DNA from: the human T2T-CHM13v2.0 reference genome, Homo sapiens
DNA: 64,000 nt
Direction: 5' to 3' (one strand)
Assembly (NCBI RefSeq): GCF_009914755.1
Contig: NC_060932.1
Shown here one piece after another: positions 43,089-56,500 of the stretch (positions are counted from its first letter, which is position 1; every line of letters starts with the position of its first letter). The position numbers and the translations under genes were made by a program. Below the pieces are notes generated by a model. That model was not told where the DNA came from, made no database searches, and saw nothing but the letters and a program-made list of their open reading frames with translations.

Positions 43089-46000
43089 TTTATTCAAAAT
43101 AGATGGAGCAAGATATGGGGCCTCACTTCCAAATGTCTCTTTAGAGTTTTTGACCTTGACAGCACTTATATATAATAAGGATAAAATTCCAGTTAATAAT
43201 ATAAATTGTGATACATTCTTCAAATGAAAATGGAGATCAAAATTAGATTAAAAGCAGGTGCATAAGTTAATTTGATACTTGTTTCTCACCTAAAAGCTTT
43301 CTAGACACTCAGATAAGTGTTTTTAAAAAATATTTATTCATGTATTTTTCCATATCATAAAATGTGTACTCTAATACTGAGTAATTTAGAGAAACCCAAA
43401 TAACTTGGACTATTTCCTATAAAACAACAAAAAATAAGGCACAGTCTACATTATATAGTGAAATGGTAGCAAGAAGAATGACAAACCTAAATTAGGGGTA
43501 AATATTCATTTTAATTTTTTTGGACAAATAATTTCAAATATAATTTTAAAAGACCAAATCAGCATTACAGATTCCAATTTAAATTAAGCTTAATAAACAC
43601 AATAAAGCCTTTGAATAGTTTTATTTTAAAATGATATGACACACTTGCTATTAACATATAAGGCATCAAGTGCCCTAAGAAAGAGCTCATAACCTTAATA
43701 ATTGCCCTTGAAAATATCAAAAAGCACATAATCAATGTCAAATTATTTTTGTTTGGCAAGAAAAGTAAAATTAACAGCACGATGAGAACCACAGGGTACA
43801 AACTCTCAATACACAATATGTAATAATTAATCTTTCTTTCTTATATGACATTTGTTTGGAGCCTGGCTAGGAAGCCTGAAGATGGCAGTGAAAAAATAGG
43901 GAGAGCTGTTCCTGAAACACAGGAGAGTTACCCAAATTTGAAACAAAGGAATATACTCCCCATAGTCCCCTGAAATAAAATAACAATTCACGGTAAAATA
44001 ATTTCCAAATATCTCACACTCTCATGAGCCTGAAATTGAGAGGTTAAAAAACAAATTAATAAATATTTGTGGGAGGCTGAACAACCAAAACAGGTTTATA
44101 ATAATTATGGCATCTCATTCTGAGGCTGATTCCAAATTCTTCATTCATGACTTGTGAAAGACTTCTCTTCTTCTTAATGTCAATAGTAAGGCATGCCAAA
44201 TTCCTATAATAAAATTATTCTAACAATAACTTTGGATATTAAAGCTGTATAACTATAAAATATAGTCCAAATGCACATAGACTTGAGTGCACATAAATCT
44301 GCACACAAACATAAACCACGAGTACACTCTTGAGTGTAAGCCACAGATTCTTGAAATTAGTTTTATGTGTTTAAAATAACGTCTTGCTTTTTACAGTGTC
44401 AATTCACTAGGCAGGCAAATTATTTCCCAAGACTTATAAAATTTGTGAGATGATAATATAGAATATTATGAACCAAAAACAGATATAGCTAAAAATCAGC
44501 CAAAAGGAAATGATATGTTAATTCTCTTTCTTAAGTACTCTTTTTAGACTAGGAAAAGCCAGTAAGACTTCATTATAATCTTCTCATCGTAGTCATTCTT
44601 TATGTCCAATTCTGGGAAAGGTTAAACCCATTACAGAGAACAGTAAGTATTGATAGTATTACATCTTGCTGTAATAGGTGAACCACTGGCAAAGGTTGTG
44701 AATCTTTTTTGTCAGACCACGTTTTTTTGATGGCATTAATTGCTGCAATGAAATCTGACCTTCAGGTTGAAAAACCTTCTCCTAAGAGATATACATATAG
44801 AACACTTTTTTAACTTGACAATTAATCCAAGTAAAATTTTGCATACACCTATCATTGCACACGTGAAAGATGAAGACCAAAATGTTCACATGCTCCTGCC
44901 TAGAATTTTTGCTTGTCAGAAGGTGGTAAAAAAAAATAGAGCCATTGGGTTCAGGCTTTTAATTCTCAATATTTAACTAGCATGGTGCTCAGTCACTCAT
45001 TTATCAAGATTAAGTCACCCCTTATACTGGGGGGACTGAGGTAAAGGCACACATAAGTTTGGCAGCGCAGTCTCTTTTCAGAAATTGTACCTTGAAGGGC
45101 ATGTGCCAGCACTGGTCCAATTGGGTCCCTAAAACAAATAAGTATGAGGGGGATGAACTCATATTTTAAGCAGACAGCAAAGCATGTGATGATATCAAGG
45201 CAAGTAACTTGATAGAACAGAATCAAGGGTTATAGCAGTCATGTGGGTAAAAGCAACCATGGCCTCCAAGAACTTCATGGTTCCAAGCAGTCTTGTCTTC
45301 CTGTAAACTATAAATCACCTACACAGTGGGGAGCATGACGAAAAGCTGTTCTTTATATGAGGGGCCAGTACATCTTATTATGTGATCTGCTTTAAGAGCT
45401 CCCAATGGGTGGGAAGGACACACAGCGCTGCAAAGAAAACTCTTTGCAAACTCTACCACTAACAGTTTAAGGTGCCCTAAAAAGAACTGGCTTATAAAGA
45501 TATTAGGAGCCTTAAATCATCCACCAGCAGCGTGTAGATCCCAGTAATAAAGGAGAAAGACAGCTTTCTTTCTGTAACTCACCCCATTGGGCCACACTGC
45601 TGAAAGACGAGCTGTCTTCTCATTGAGACTAGGAAGATGACTCTTGAGTTTAGATTTCTAAAACCATGTAAATAAGCTAAAGACCTAGAACCACTGAAAT
45701 ATGTTTTTCTTCTCTAGGACTAGCAATAAAAACTTTCACAGGTAACAACCAGCACCATATTGAAGAGACAGACGGAAGGTCACAAATCTCCATGAAGGAT
45801 GCAAGACCAAAACTATAGGTATTGTATGCCCAATGTCTATAGAATGCATCACCTGGTCTTGCCAAAGTACCTCTAGAGCCAAAAACACTCTTTGTCAGAT
45901 TGGGAAAAACAGGAAATAAAGCACATGGCTTTTCTTTGCCTGTGTTACCATCATTTTAAATTCAAGTAATCTTCATATTGAATTCAGGCAGGATGGATAA

Positions 46001-48698
46001 GGGCTACATAAACCAAATACCCAGGGAAAAGTCGATTAAGGCAAGTATCTGAATAATGTCACCACAGCCCAAAAGAAGTCATTCAGATGATTTTCAAAAT
46101 CATGTAATGTGTAATGGTTTGCCCTCAGATAAGTAGAACCTTAAAAGAGAGGTGCTCTATATGTTAGCAGATTTAAATAATGTTGAAGTGTGCATTTACT
46201 TACCACATTTCGATTTTAAATTTTAAAGGAAATTATAGCATTCTAGGGAAAAGAAAGGAAATGTATTTTGATGTGTTAGGTCTTTTTCTCCCCCGTTGAA
46301 TATTTTTTTTCCAAAATGGCATTTTTCAAAATGTTACCTCTAGATCAAATCTATATTATTTGGTAGCCCTGCAAGATTCATTAAATGCTTCCACATGAAA
46401 AGCTTTATTATCAAGTGAAAAGACCTCCTAACACTTGATTCCCAAACTCCTCTTCCTTCATAAACTGAAAATTGATTCCACATTAATTCAGTTTAGTCTG
46501 CCATTTGGCTAATTAATCCTGTTTCACCAATAAATAAAAACTCAGTTGATCTCATTTAGCTTCTATGAATAAACATTAGTTTTTTCTTTAATGCCTTCTT
46601 TTTTTTAATGCCTTCTTTTTTTAACACACAGCTCAGACCTACTCACTCAGCAGATCGTTTCCTTCTTGTTTCAACATCATCCAAAGTGGATCCTTAAGCA
46701 GGCTAGAGCTGGACTTAGAAACCTTCAGAATATAAAACTTATACCACTGGTAAGGCAGCCTCAACAAAAATCATGAAATGAGAGTCACAGTAAAACAAAG
46801 TTTGTTCAAAAAGCACAAAAATACAGCAACAGAAAGCAAAAATCATGTTTATGTCATCTCAATTCTTTCTTTTCAGTAATCAGTATTGCTCTATAACATA
46901 AGGCAATTAACTACATCTAGCTTCCTCTGATGGCCATATAATTTCTCATTTTTACTTAATAATTCTTTCATATGCCCATCCTCTCTTTTTACTATCTTCT
47001 GAGCCTCCCTTTTTGTATTTCAGTTCAACCCTTAAGTCATATGCAGCATACCTCACTCATCAAATCAATCTGACACCCATGAGAGCTCATCCACATAAAT
47101 ATCCTGATTCACACATTTTGCCAAAGTCACCCATGTATTCCACAGTTGTCCACAACACCACAAACTTCAGACATTTGAAATAGCCTTTAAAAATCTGCAA
47201 AGAAATCACTTTCTTACTTCCTCATTCCTGCTGTCTCATACCAATTCCCAGCTCCTGTCCTCTTTTTAAGAATGACCCCCTGATCCTGGTAACACAATCA
47301 TGGAAGTTACAACAACTCTTAGAGCACAGGTTGGAAAAACCTCCAGGCAGAGTTGCAAAATGTAAGGTATTTCTGAGGCTGCATTTCCCATCCCTTTTCT
47401 GAACCGTCACCATAATGAGGCGGTCTGTCACTGTGAACACCCAGTGTGTGTCTTGCAAAGTGAGCACCTTGCTCATCATGCTGCTCTTAGAGAAGAGTTT
47501 GTGCTGCATGAGGCAAGAGTTCACAGTTGCTGAATGACATCTAGACCACTGTGAGTGGGAGGTGAGTTCTGACGATGACTACAGTCCCCATTAAATCAGT
47601 GTATTGAATCTCTCTTTCCATTTTATTTTTTTTTGGCTTTGGGCTTAAGGACTGTTGCTACCATGAGGGAAGTGCTCGTTGCTTGGCCTACAGCAAGTGA
47701 TACAGCCTGCGAGGCACAGTCCCCAAAAGTCTAGCTGCAATTCTATTGGTGGTTTTCCCCAAACAGCAATAACAAGATGTTACCTGGAAGCACACCAGAG
47801 CCAATCATGACTCAGGCCTGTCTAGATGTTTAGATGTCTGGAAATATATTTAAAATGTCTCATGCCTTGCCTCTTGCTGCTGGTGTGAGAACCAGCAGAC
47901 TTCAAGAGCACAGATAACCAGTATGATGGCAAAATCACAAAATATAAAACTTATATCAGTAACTAATTTGACTTCATTTTAAAAAAGAGCCTGTGACCCT
48001 GGCTAATATCTGGCACCAACACTGTGGTTTAAATTCACATTGGTCTTACAATGATTTACATAATTTTTTTTTATTAGAAAGTTTATCCTAATGACTTAAT
48101 TACCATTTTTGAAAACAGGAATAATTTCAAACATAACATTTTTTACAATAAGGAAAGCCCAACATCCTCAAACTTCAAAATATTCAAACTAAAAATTCCA
48201 TGTTTTAGTGTTTAGCCAAATTACAAGAAGGATAATTTAGCAAGAAAATGGATAAGCACCTTTGAGAATTAGATGTAAGCCTTATTATTGATTAGTGCTT
48301 AGTTCTTTTTCACAAAGTAGATTAGCAATTGATCCTACTGTGTGTAGGACCACCTAGTGTCCAAAGAATAACATCATATATTTGTGTAAAAGAAATAATT
48401 TGTAGACTGGGTCATTAGAAATATTTTTCTATCGAAGTAGAAGTTCTTGGCCATTACAGATTAATTAGCCTTCAGCTCTTCAGAAGGATAGGTGTGGCTG
48501 GTTGTGGTTTCTTATACATCTTACATGGCTTTTCTTCTAAATAGAAGACACATAGAGAACAAAAACACTTACTGGCTGTTGGTTTGTGAAATAAACTTTT
48601 CTTGCCAGGCAAATAAATTGCACTGTGAATTTTTATAAATTAACTTTTTTCATATTATAAAATGCCAAGGCAGACTCTCAAGATATTCACAACCAGAA
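43089..48698 (-). other. TMEM74: Probable TMEM74 3'UTR region; true 3' end(s) uncertain
   Basis: Directly follows the stop codon; no Alu/L1 recognisable; minus-strand AATAAA at 48070-48075, 47622-47627, 46404-46409, 43620-43625, 43333-43338, 43089-43094. Confidence 0.5.
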
Positions 48699-49633
<935 letters not shown>

Positions 49634-49655
49634 CCCCCAGCAGCTTCCGGAAAGT

Positions 49656-51993
49656 CTGCCAATAGCAACAGAGTTAGATAAGAACCCAACAGAAGCTAAG
49701 GTTGTACTTCCAGGAGTGTTGCTCCTGGGGTCCCCATTTCCTTCACAGCTGCACCTGTTTAGCCCCTTTTCCACCTCAAACAGGCAAAAGAAGGGAGGGG
49801 ATACCTAGTGGCAGGAAAGTGTGGAAGGGACAAATGCTCTCACTTGTCATAGTGATTAACACTGAGAAACTTAAGTCAGGGTAGAAAGGTGCGTGGAGGA
49901 AGTGGCAGTGTCTACTGAGAAAGAATACTGCCGTCACCAAGCCAAATTTATTCAAGGACTCGCGCATTCCTGCAAAAGGATCCCTCAAACGAGAAGGCAA
50001 GTTTCCTGTAAAAAGACAAATGAGAAAGGCAAGAGCCCTTTTTAGCAGAGCTGCCGATTTTCTGGAGGACTTGGGGAAGCATAGACTTGTTAATTCAGTA
50101 AGATTGTAAGTGTTTACACTCTCCCTAGTTCAGAGCAAATTCTAATACAGATTAGCTTTGGAGCATCACCATCAGTGAATGACTATACACCCCTATCAGC
50201 TGGGCAGGAACTCAGCATTTTGATTCCATAGCTCTGAAGTAGATGAAAAAGGCCAGCTTAATCAGCCACCTCTGCTAAGCTTACACCTCATACATCCAAT
50301 GACCCTAGTGACACAGCCCTGTATTTACAAGACCATATGCTGCTTATTCACTGTGCTTCCACTTAGCCCTATTCCCTCACTGCTCCATGGGGGAAGCATG
50401 TTCTGGACCCCAAAGCATACAGGCAACAGACCTTACGGCAATCCCTGCAAAATACAATGGGCCAACCCACTCCTCCACACACACACCTGCCTGCTCCAGC
50501 TGCAGGATCTGCTACTCCCGTTCCCTGGGTCTGTGTTCCTCCCTCTCTGCATGCTTTGCTATCACACAATGCACAAGAAATTGACCATCTGGATAGTTTT
50601 ACAAACCCAATCTAGAAGTGAACTGATAATAAAAGACAAACTATAAACCCACAGAGTAAGAGTTCTGTGGAGACAAATAGGTGAGAAGCTATTTCCAAGG
50701 TTACCTCTGTAATTTTATAAACATGTCACTCCTCACCCCCGACTGCAGCAAGGGGCATTTCTGGGAGAGAACTTTGGTTTGAGCAGAAAACCATCGGCTT
50801 TTCTCTGCCTCTGCCATGTTTCTAAGGAATAAAAATTCACTTTCCACTATCATTAGAGATTTTAACCAAAGGCTCCTTTTATTTTGCTTCCAAATCCAGG
50901 GTGATAATTGATTTAACCCAACGGCTTGAGGCTTCTTATAATTCAAAATCCACAGCTCCAAAGCTGGTAACAGAAACACAGGCAAGGGTCACCTAAGGTC
51001 AACCTGGCAACTCAAAATATGGGAGAGGGAATTGACATGTTTTCTGCTACACCTAAGAGTTTGTTTAAAACAAAACAAAAAAAGCAAAACAGAAAACGTT
51101 TTTCTCCTGTTATCGGAGTTTCTCTACAGTGAAAACAGCAAAAAACAACAGGGCAAAAGAATCACTACTAAACTAGAACAAACCCCCACTAAAGGATCCC
51201 TCAATGAATGAAGTGATGGTAACAGGCTTCATCAATTACCGATAACTCTTCTTCCAGTTTTCTCAGGCATTAGGGGCTCTGATTAACCTTTGGTACCATT
51301 AACTCATCACACTAGCCTACCTTGGATAAAATCAGCAGGGTTCTTTGAGACTTTCAGTTTATAACAAAAGAAGAGAGAAATCCCCACTTAATTCCCTACG
51401 GCCGCCTCTACCTCTCTTTAAAGAAAAGCTACTCCCGCTTGTTCGCTTGTTCTACCGGAGGTATGCTAGCAGCACAGTCGATTTCCTTTGCAGCTCCCTA
51501 ATCCGGGGTTTCCATTCTCAGTGGAGAATGGATAATCCCAGGGGACCAGCTAAAGACTCTTTTCTTCCGTCCTCTCCCTCTTTTTCCTCTGATCTGCTTA
51601 AAAGCCCAGTTAACGACATTGCACCTTAAAGCGAGGGGACACGCACTTTCCCTCGTCCATCTGTCATCAATTAAAAGCATTAATATTTGCTTTAAACTGA
51701 CACAGGCAAGGCTGATCTCGGGGAGGCGACCTCTGGATGCGCCCTGTGCGAGCAAAGCCGGGAGAGCGAGCCCCAAGCACCTGGCAGCGGTGCCCCCAGC
51801 AGGCGCCGAGGAATCCGGCTATCCATTTCTGGTGAACTCTGCGCCCACTGAGGCATTCGAGGTACGGATGTGTCCGCCTAGTACTCGGAGACGAAGGAGA
51901 GAGAGCGGGGATATGCGCTCCAGCTCTGCTAGGCTCCAGGGCTCTCACCCTTGCATTCAAAGCCTCCACCCCATCCCACTCCCCGCCACTCAC
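49656..51993 (-). other. TMEM74: TMEM74 intron 1 (5'UTR intron)
   Basis: Donor AAG|GTGAGT at 51994/51993; branch-like CTAAC at 49673-49677 and acceptor ttggCAG|ac at 49656/49655, leaving 39 nt of UTR before the ATG. Confidence 0.8.
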
Positions 51994-52112
51994 CTTCTGC
52001 TTCGGCCACCCGGTGCGGCTCCAGCACCGCGCGCTCTCCCGGCACGGTTCCCGGAGAAAGTCCCCCAATCACCAGCTACGGCACTTGTAGCCTCTGCACG
52101 CCGCTCGGCTCC
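51994..52112 (-). other. TMEM74: TMEM74 non-coding exon 1 (TSS approximate)
   Basis: Between GC boxes and consensus donor; contains no ATG on the minus strand. Confidence 0.7.
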
Positions 52113-52142
52113 GCCGGGTGGGCAGCGCCCGCCACGGCGGGC

Positions 52143-52162
52143 GGGGTGGGGCGGGGCGGGGC
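52143..52162. promoter_or_regulatory. Tandem Sp/KLF GC boxes; G-quadruplex-capable G4TG4CG4CG4
   Basis: ggggtggggcggggcggggc. Confidence 0.75.
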
Positions 52163-52171
52163 GCTCCCGGA

Positions 52172-52190
52172 GCATCCCGGGAGTTGTAGG
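52172..52190 (-). promoter_or_regulatory. ZNF143/THAP11-type ACTACA-TCCC motif
   Basis: Minus strand cCTACAACTCCCgggATGC is close to the ACTACAAYTCCCAGNATGC consensus. Confidence 0.6.
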
Positions 52191-53196
52191 CCAGGGGCGG
52201 TCCCTGCATCCCTCCTGTCTCTGTCTCCTCCCACGCCTTCTGGGTTTTACCCTTCCTGCAGATGAGTTCCCGCCATACCCTCTTACTCCTCCCCAGCACT
52301 TAAGAAGACAGCACTGTTTTCTAAGCCTAGAGTGGAGTTCCCTAGCCTCAGGTGTGGCCACAAGACTGTGAAAAGGAAAGTATATTCGACTTCAAATGTG
52401 CCAGATAATTTGCATATTTTGTCTTTTTAATAGTCAAAACAAATCTTCCAAGTAGATTTTATTAATCCTCATTTTACAGATGTGGAAACAGGCTCAGAGA
52501 GGGTAAGTGCCTCATCCACAGTTACCAACAGCAGCTTCTGAAATTGCATCCAGGAGTCAGATTCGAAAGTCATTGCGTGTCTCACAAAATCAGAAGAAAT
52601 ATGACCATAAGGGGTAAGAGATTGTCCGATGTACCAACACATCCCCTGTATTTAGCACAGTGGTATTCGTTGAATGTATGAATAATAATGACTCAAAATA
52701 ACAGTTAACATAAATAGCGCTTATTATTGCCAGGCTCTCTTCTAAGCACTATAGATACATTATCTCATTTAATGGTCACAATTTATTGTTAAAGTACTGT
52801 AAAAAAAAATCCTCATTTTAACAGAAGGCAAAACTGAGTTACAAAGTAGAATAATTTGCCCAATGTCACACAACTAATACTTAGCAGAGGTGGGGGGGGG
52901 GGGATGAACACCAACAGATTCTAAGCGTTATGCTATATGGAATGAATGGAAGAAAGACCAGAAGGCCAGAATAAAAGGGCTCAGGAATAAAGGAAATCTG
53001 AAGGTTGAATCTTCTGAGTTGTGACTCTTAGGATAGGACAAGGTAACTGTGTCACCAGCCTCTTTCAACCAGAGTGGACTGCAATAGCCAACAGCCACTG
53101 AAAGCCCAGGGTATGTGTAGCTTGCAGATAATCTCCAGTTTTCCAGCATCCTGTTGGGACAATTCTAGGGGAGCAAAAAAGGATTATAGTATGGAT

Positions 53197-53507
53197 GGGC
53201 TGGGCACGATGGCTCACGCCAGTAATGCCAGCAATTTGGGAGGCCGAGGCGGGCAGATCACGAGGTCAGAAAATCGAGACCATCCTGGCCAACATGGTGA
53301 AACCCCGTCTCTACTAAAATAGAAAAAATTAGCCGGGCGTGGTGGCGCGTGCCTGTACTCCCAGCTACTCAGGAGGCTGAGGCAGGGGAATCGCTTGAAG
53401 CCGGAGGCGGAGGTTGCAGTGAGCAGAGATCGTGCCACTGCACCACTCCAGCCTGGCGACAAAGCAAGACTCCGTCTCAAAAAAAAAAAAAAGAAAAAAA
53501 GAAAAAA
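53197..53507 (+). mobile_element. Full-length Alu, AluSc-like, CpG-retaining
   Basis: gatcacgaggtca, atcgagaccatcctggcc and cctggcgac diagnostics; TSD ggattatagtatg at 53181-53193 and 53516-53528. Confidence 0.93.
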
Positions 53508-56500
53508 GGGATTAGGGATTATAGTATGTATTATGACATTGTGCTTGTAGCTCACATAAATACTGTGGTTGCTTGCTTTCAAAAGAGAGATCTATCTCCT
53601 TTAATGACAATTATGTTGGTATTTCATTACATTGGATAGAATCTATAGTCACATGATTACAGGAGTTCACAATGCTCCCTCTTTAAAATTCTTTTTCCCC
53701 CATATGATTATATTTGTAGCCAGTGAGGCCCATTTGTTGATAAACATGACAGATGTATTATGACTTCTCCTTTGCTTACTACACGGTTCTCCAGCATGAA
53801 TATCTTTCCTCCACTGCCCTATTCCATCCACACTTCAAGGACTAGTTTGTCAAGCCAAATCTACAGGGATGCATCCAGTTCTTAGTACTACATATGCAAA
53901 AAGAAATAAAGAGAGAAACTAAGATGTAGAAGGAACTTGAATTTATGTTGACGAGGAAAAACTTAGGAACTTAGGCTATTTAGCCATAGGAGAATACTGA
54001 GAGGAAACAATAAACTAGCTTCAAATATTCTGAAGTTTCTAAAAATAGAAGAAGAATTCTATAGTATATTTAAAAGGGTAAAAGCAGAACAAATAACAAT
54101 AATACTTTTTTGTTAGTGCTATTATGTTATCATCTTTAATTTTTACACCAACTTCACAAGGGAGGCAGTATTATTGCACCCATTTTGCAATGTAGAAATT
54201 GAGGCTTGAAAAGATGTAGTTTCTTTTCCAAGGCCTGAAAACTAATATCGGGCAGAGCTAAGGTTCTAACTTGGGTCTGTGTGATTCCAGAGACTTGATC
54301 TCTTTGCCAACACATTATACTGAGCAATGCTTCACAATCTTTTTTACAGCAGAGTACACATAAGAGGTGATACTATTTATGGCAATGTGATAAACACAGG
54401 AGGTTTCTCATGGCCATAGTTCTGGGGCTGTGGGTACTTCAGTCTCTGCAGGACAGCTTGGAGGGCTAAGGAAATAAATAAGTCAGCACACCTGTGACAC
54501 ACTGGAGTGCTGGAGGATGCCAAAGCACTGATCTGAGAAGCTCTGGATAGCACTATTAAATTTAAGAAGGAGGCTGATTTGAGACTTTGTATAAGGAAGG
54601 ACATTATTTCTAAAACTTTTAAATTGATGTCTCATGAAAGCAAATTCTCTGGTACTGGTGAGGATTAAAAAAAAAAAGGAGAGCCATTTATTAGTGATTT
54701 CATAGAAGGGATTCATCTAGTTGGATTAGAGGACCTCTGTGATTCCCAGGCTGAACTGATTTTAAGTTACTTTTTTTTTTTCCCTGAAGCCTTTTTCTTC
54801 CAAGGATTACACCTCCTGTGAACTTTGCTGGGACTTGTCAGTACTGGTGTTTTTGATATTTATCATCCACTGCTTTACGACATTTCTGGAATGGCTAGGT
54901 AGCCACTGCATGTGGTTTAACTTCTCACTTAGGTGCCTAAATCTCTAAGGTAATCAATCATAAACTCCTTAAGGTCAGCATCTACATGCTGAACACCTTA
55001 CCTCCTGCAGAAAGTGCAGTATTTCTGTTGAGAGGGAAGATGTCAAGACTGAACTGAAGACTCGAGATGATTACCTATAATAATACTTGACTGTCTACAT
55101 ATTCTTGAGCATTAAAAATATATCAATTCCAACCAACACCACAAAATCCCCTTTAAAAGTCTGCTGACAAAAAATAGAGATGAACCAATTGAGCACTTGA
55201 AAATAAAAGCTCTGCAAAAATTGCCACTTGCTGGAATACTTTCCCCCTCTCTCATAAGTCTATGTCTAAAACTTTCCTGAAAATTGACCCAAGAACCTTT
55301 TTCAAAAGCCTTTCTTGTTCAACGTCCTCAACTTATCGTTACCTTTCTAACTGGCTTTCTAGTAGCATAATATGCTTTCTTTTATGCTGTTATTTTAGAT
55401 ATAGAAAAGTATTTCATGTATATTTTATAGTGCTTTCTATGTGATCTCTCCAGATAAAATTTAAGCTCCTTGAGAACCAACATATTCTTTCTATTTCTTT
55501 GAAGCTATATGTGGGCATGAAATAGTGCGACACATAGGCAACAGTAGTTCCTCAATATATGCTGATAAAACAATTCACAGTTGTAAAATGTTATCTAGAA
55601 ATCTACATAATGATTTTGGTCTTACTCTAATTTTAATGTCTCACATTTTCCTGTTTACTTATACTCCGTTTCATGTGAGAGGAGCAATCGTTACTACACT
55701 AAGTTAACTAGTTGAAAAATAAGAAAAATTCTGAGAAGTAAATTTACCATGTAAATCAAGGGTAGTGCTGGGACTTTTAACAACCAGCCTCTTGTAATAA
55801 TTACTGAGGATGTGTTCCAGTTTCTTTTTCTTCAGTAATAATAATAAGGGCTGATTAGTGGACTATTAAGGGATTATTAGTGGAGTTATTATTATGAGAG
55901 GCTGGGTCCTAGAGAAGTAAGAAAGACATTTTTGGAATAGGCTGGAGGGAGGATCAGTCATTGAATAGGGATAGCATGAGGAATATGGTCCTATACCCCA
56001 TACTGGTGCTAAGAATGAAGGTGACCATAATTTAGAGAATGAAGATCTTGTTAATGAACAAGATTCTAGGAACAAAAAAAAGCATTAAATTAGAAAGGTT
56101 TCCATTTAATAAGAATGCTTACAGTGGCCAAGTAGGCATGTTACTTAAATAAAGTGGCTGAATACAGACAATAGGGATGGGGAAGATTACCGAAGTTAAG
56201 AGCAAGTGCCTTTCCCAAAAGGGGCAGTATCCCCTAACTGTTCTACCTGAGTTTTGTCTTAAGTGAATTTAGACATTAATGAAAGTCAGATATCACAATT
56301 TGTTATTCAAAATTCAATGTATTTTAAACCCTTAATGAGTCAGAGAAAAAAAAAATTATTGGGAACATTTGTTTCCCGTAGTAATAGACTAGGTAATTTA
56401 GACCTACTCACTGCATTTGGCTTTGAAGAAATGTATTTATATTTGAAACATTTAGAGAACCCAAAATTATTGCATCCAAGGAGCAAAGATTTTTTTTTTC

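Larger units (their letters stand above)
51700..52210. promoter_or_regulatory. TMEM74: CpG island / TATA-less promoter of TMEM74
   Basis: Only GC- and CpG-dense stretch in the window, 2.3 kb upstream of the CDS, containing a strong splice donor. Confidence 0.9.

Noticed and set aside
43592-43625. Plus-strand AATAAA pair facing a minus-strand AATAAA (convergent termination)
   Set aside because: Expected by chance in very AT-rich sequence, and no plus-strand gene is evident
46588-46624. Tandem duplication ttaatgccttcttttttt x2 in the 3' region
   Set aside because: Ordinary slippage duplication next to a T run; no evident function
49797-49815. Second CTCF-like half motif gccactaggt
   Set aside because: Lacks the GGC part of the core
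51619-52371. 250-aa plus-strand ORF and other overlapping ORFs across the CpG island
   Set aside because: TTG start, Pro/Arg/Ala-rich, no recognisable domain; long ORFs are expected in GC-rich DNA
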